Notes under the pieces: model-generated
The model's database searches: none
What the model was told of the DNA's origin: nothing
Seen by the model: only the letters and a program-made list of their open reading frames with translations
Position numbers and translations under genes: made by a program
Source of the DNA: Octopus bimaculoides
Lineage: Eukaryota
Direction of reading: 5' to 3'
Assembly: GCF_001194135.2 (NCBI RefSeq)
Contig: NC_068987.1
Coordinates: forward strand, 27,703,269 to 27,767,268
Length of the DNA: 64,000 nucleotides
In this document: positions 62,664-64,000 of the stretch, piece after piece
Layout: the number at the start of each line of letters is the position of its first letter
How positions within the stretch are numbered: position 1 is the stretch's first letter

Positions 62664-64000
62664 ATGTATATATTATGGAAGAAGATGAAATCCGGCCCAG
62701 CAGCAGCTAGCGCAAGTGCTCGATGTATTTCGGCCTAATTGAGCCTCATCAACAGCGTATACTCAGCACCATCCACATACCTAGACGACAGTTATCAAAC
62801 CCAGTATATAAGAAACAATGAACTGAAATTTCAAATGTACTATGAACAGCTTAACAAAAGCCCGGTATGGTATACACAGCTTAATGCATATATATTGTTC
62901 CGAATCAATTTACTGTGCTATTCGTCCAGAAATAATATCTTGTGGATATGCTGCGTTTAAGGCACACAATATATATCGGTTAGGGGAGGTTGATATGAAT
63001 CTGGCTTTCTGGTTAGCCGCTGCTGAGGCGATTTTCGTTCTCCTCACATATATGCTCTGTTTTTAAACATAATCCATAAGAGATGTTGCTTCTGGATAAA
63101 TACTGCATACGTAGATTGCTAAGTTTGTACTGCTTCAGTTGCTTATAATTTTCAGATATTATTGTCAAGCAATAAACAGTACGTTGCATATTTTAAGACT
63201 ATCAGAACATATTAACTAAAGAATGTATAATAATTGTAAAGTATTTAAAATAAAATCAAGAGAAAATTGAAGTATTTTCTGTGAAATTCCGACGGTAGTT
63301 ACAAATTAACATGTATGCCACCGTATTACTGAAAAAAATGTTTTAAAAAATGTTAAAAAAAATATGATATAATGCTGAATTAATATGAAGTCACTTTTTG
63401 AATAAACAATCACGCTTATATATTCTGCATATACGTTTCATGAATTCCGAGCAGAGACTATGAATAAGATCTTTATATACGTTTTCTATGACACTGCTAT
63501 AACTTTATTCATTATTATTAACACTAGATTTCGTATGTCTTATATATTAAACCGCTTTATTGTAGACTATAGAATAAATATAATTGTCCGGTTTATATAT
63601 TTGCACGATGTTTTTCAATTACATTCAGTTATTTTACCAGAAATAAATGTTCAATAGATAGTTTTAACAATATTTAAAATATTTCATTTTTCCCCTAAGA
63701 GCAAAGCTATATTTTTGTTCCTCCATTTTTAGCAGGGAGCATTCTGTCAATTATGTATAAAATTAAATGTCCTAAATCGAATTATAGCGATACAATATGT
63801 AAATACTTTGAAATAAACTAAAATAGTGTGTGCGAACCAGGTGAGGCAGAAATGAAATGAAAGGTGTGGGTTCAATTTTTATTTTTTTTGTCTGTGTGGG
63901 GGAGGATAATTTCTTACTATCACATCACAAAACTCTATACTGAACAAGGTGTGGGTGTGCGCGCCCGCGTGTGTATGTGTATATATATAAATATATATAT

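Overview
AT-rich eukaryotic genomic DNA from a gapped draft assembly (many N runs, almost all bounded by microsatellites). The repeat content (tRNA-derived modular SINEs, dense (AT)n/(GT)n/(TAGA)n/(AAT)n arrays, mariner/Tc1/Tigger/Chapaev-like DNA transposons, Penelope, CR1-, RTE- and R4/NeSL-like retroelement fossils) suggests a cephalopod, probably Octopus; this is inference from remembered repeat families, not a search result. I found one convincing host coding element, which the ORF track misses: a 137-bp minus-strand exon (16647-16783) encoding GPRYWGLLNPEWKMCSEGKQQSPIDIQPKYMLFDPNLKHIVINKIK, the N-terminal part of a carbonic anhydrase-related protein of the CA10/CA11 type. I could not find its neighbouring exons, so the rest of the window reads as two very large introns full of decayed transposons. 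Nearly all supplied ORFs are artefacts of microsatellites or N runs, or are transposon fragments. There is no rRNA, true tRNA, CRISPR array or prokaryotic system, and I cannot support a claim of a new biological system. The best leads are structural: a perfect 74-bp telomeric-repeat palindrome at the centre of a fold-back element, a mariner derivative with an in-place internal inversion, a Penelope GIY-YIG fragment between long inverted arms, paired hammerhead-like motifs and a higher-order trinucleotide cassette. All alignments and translations were done by eye; repeat boundaries are approximate unless TIRs or splice sites are quoted.
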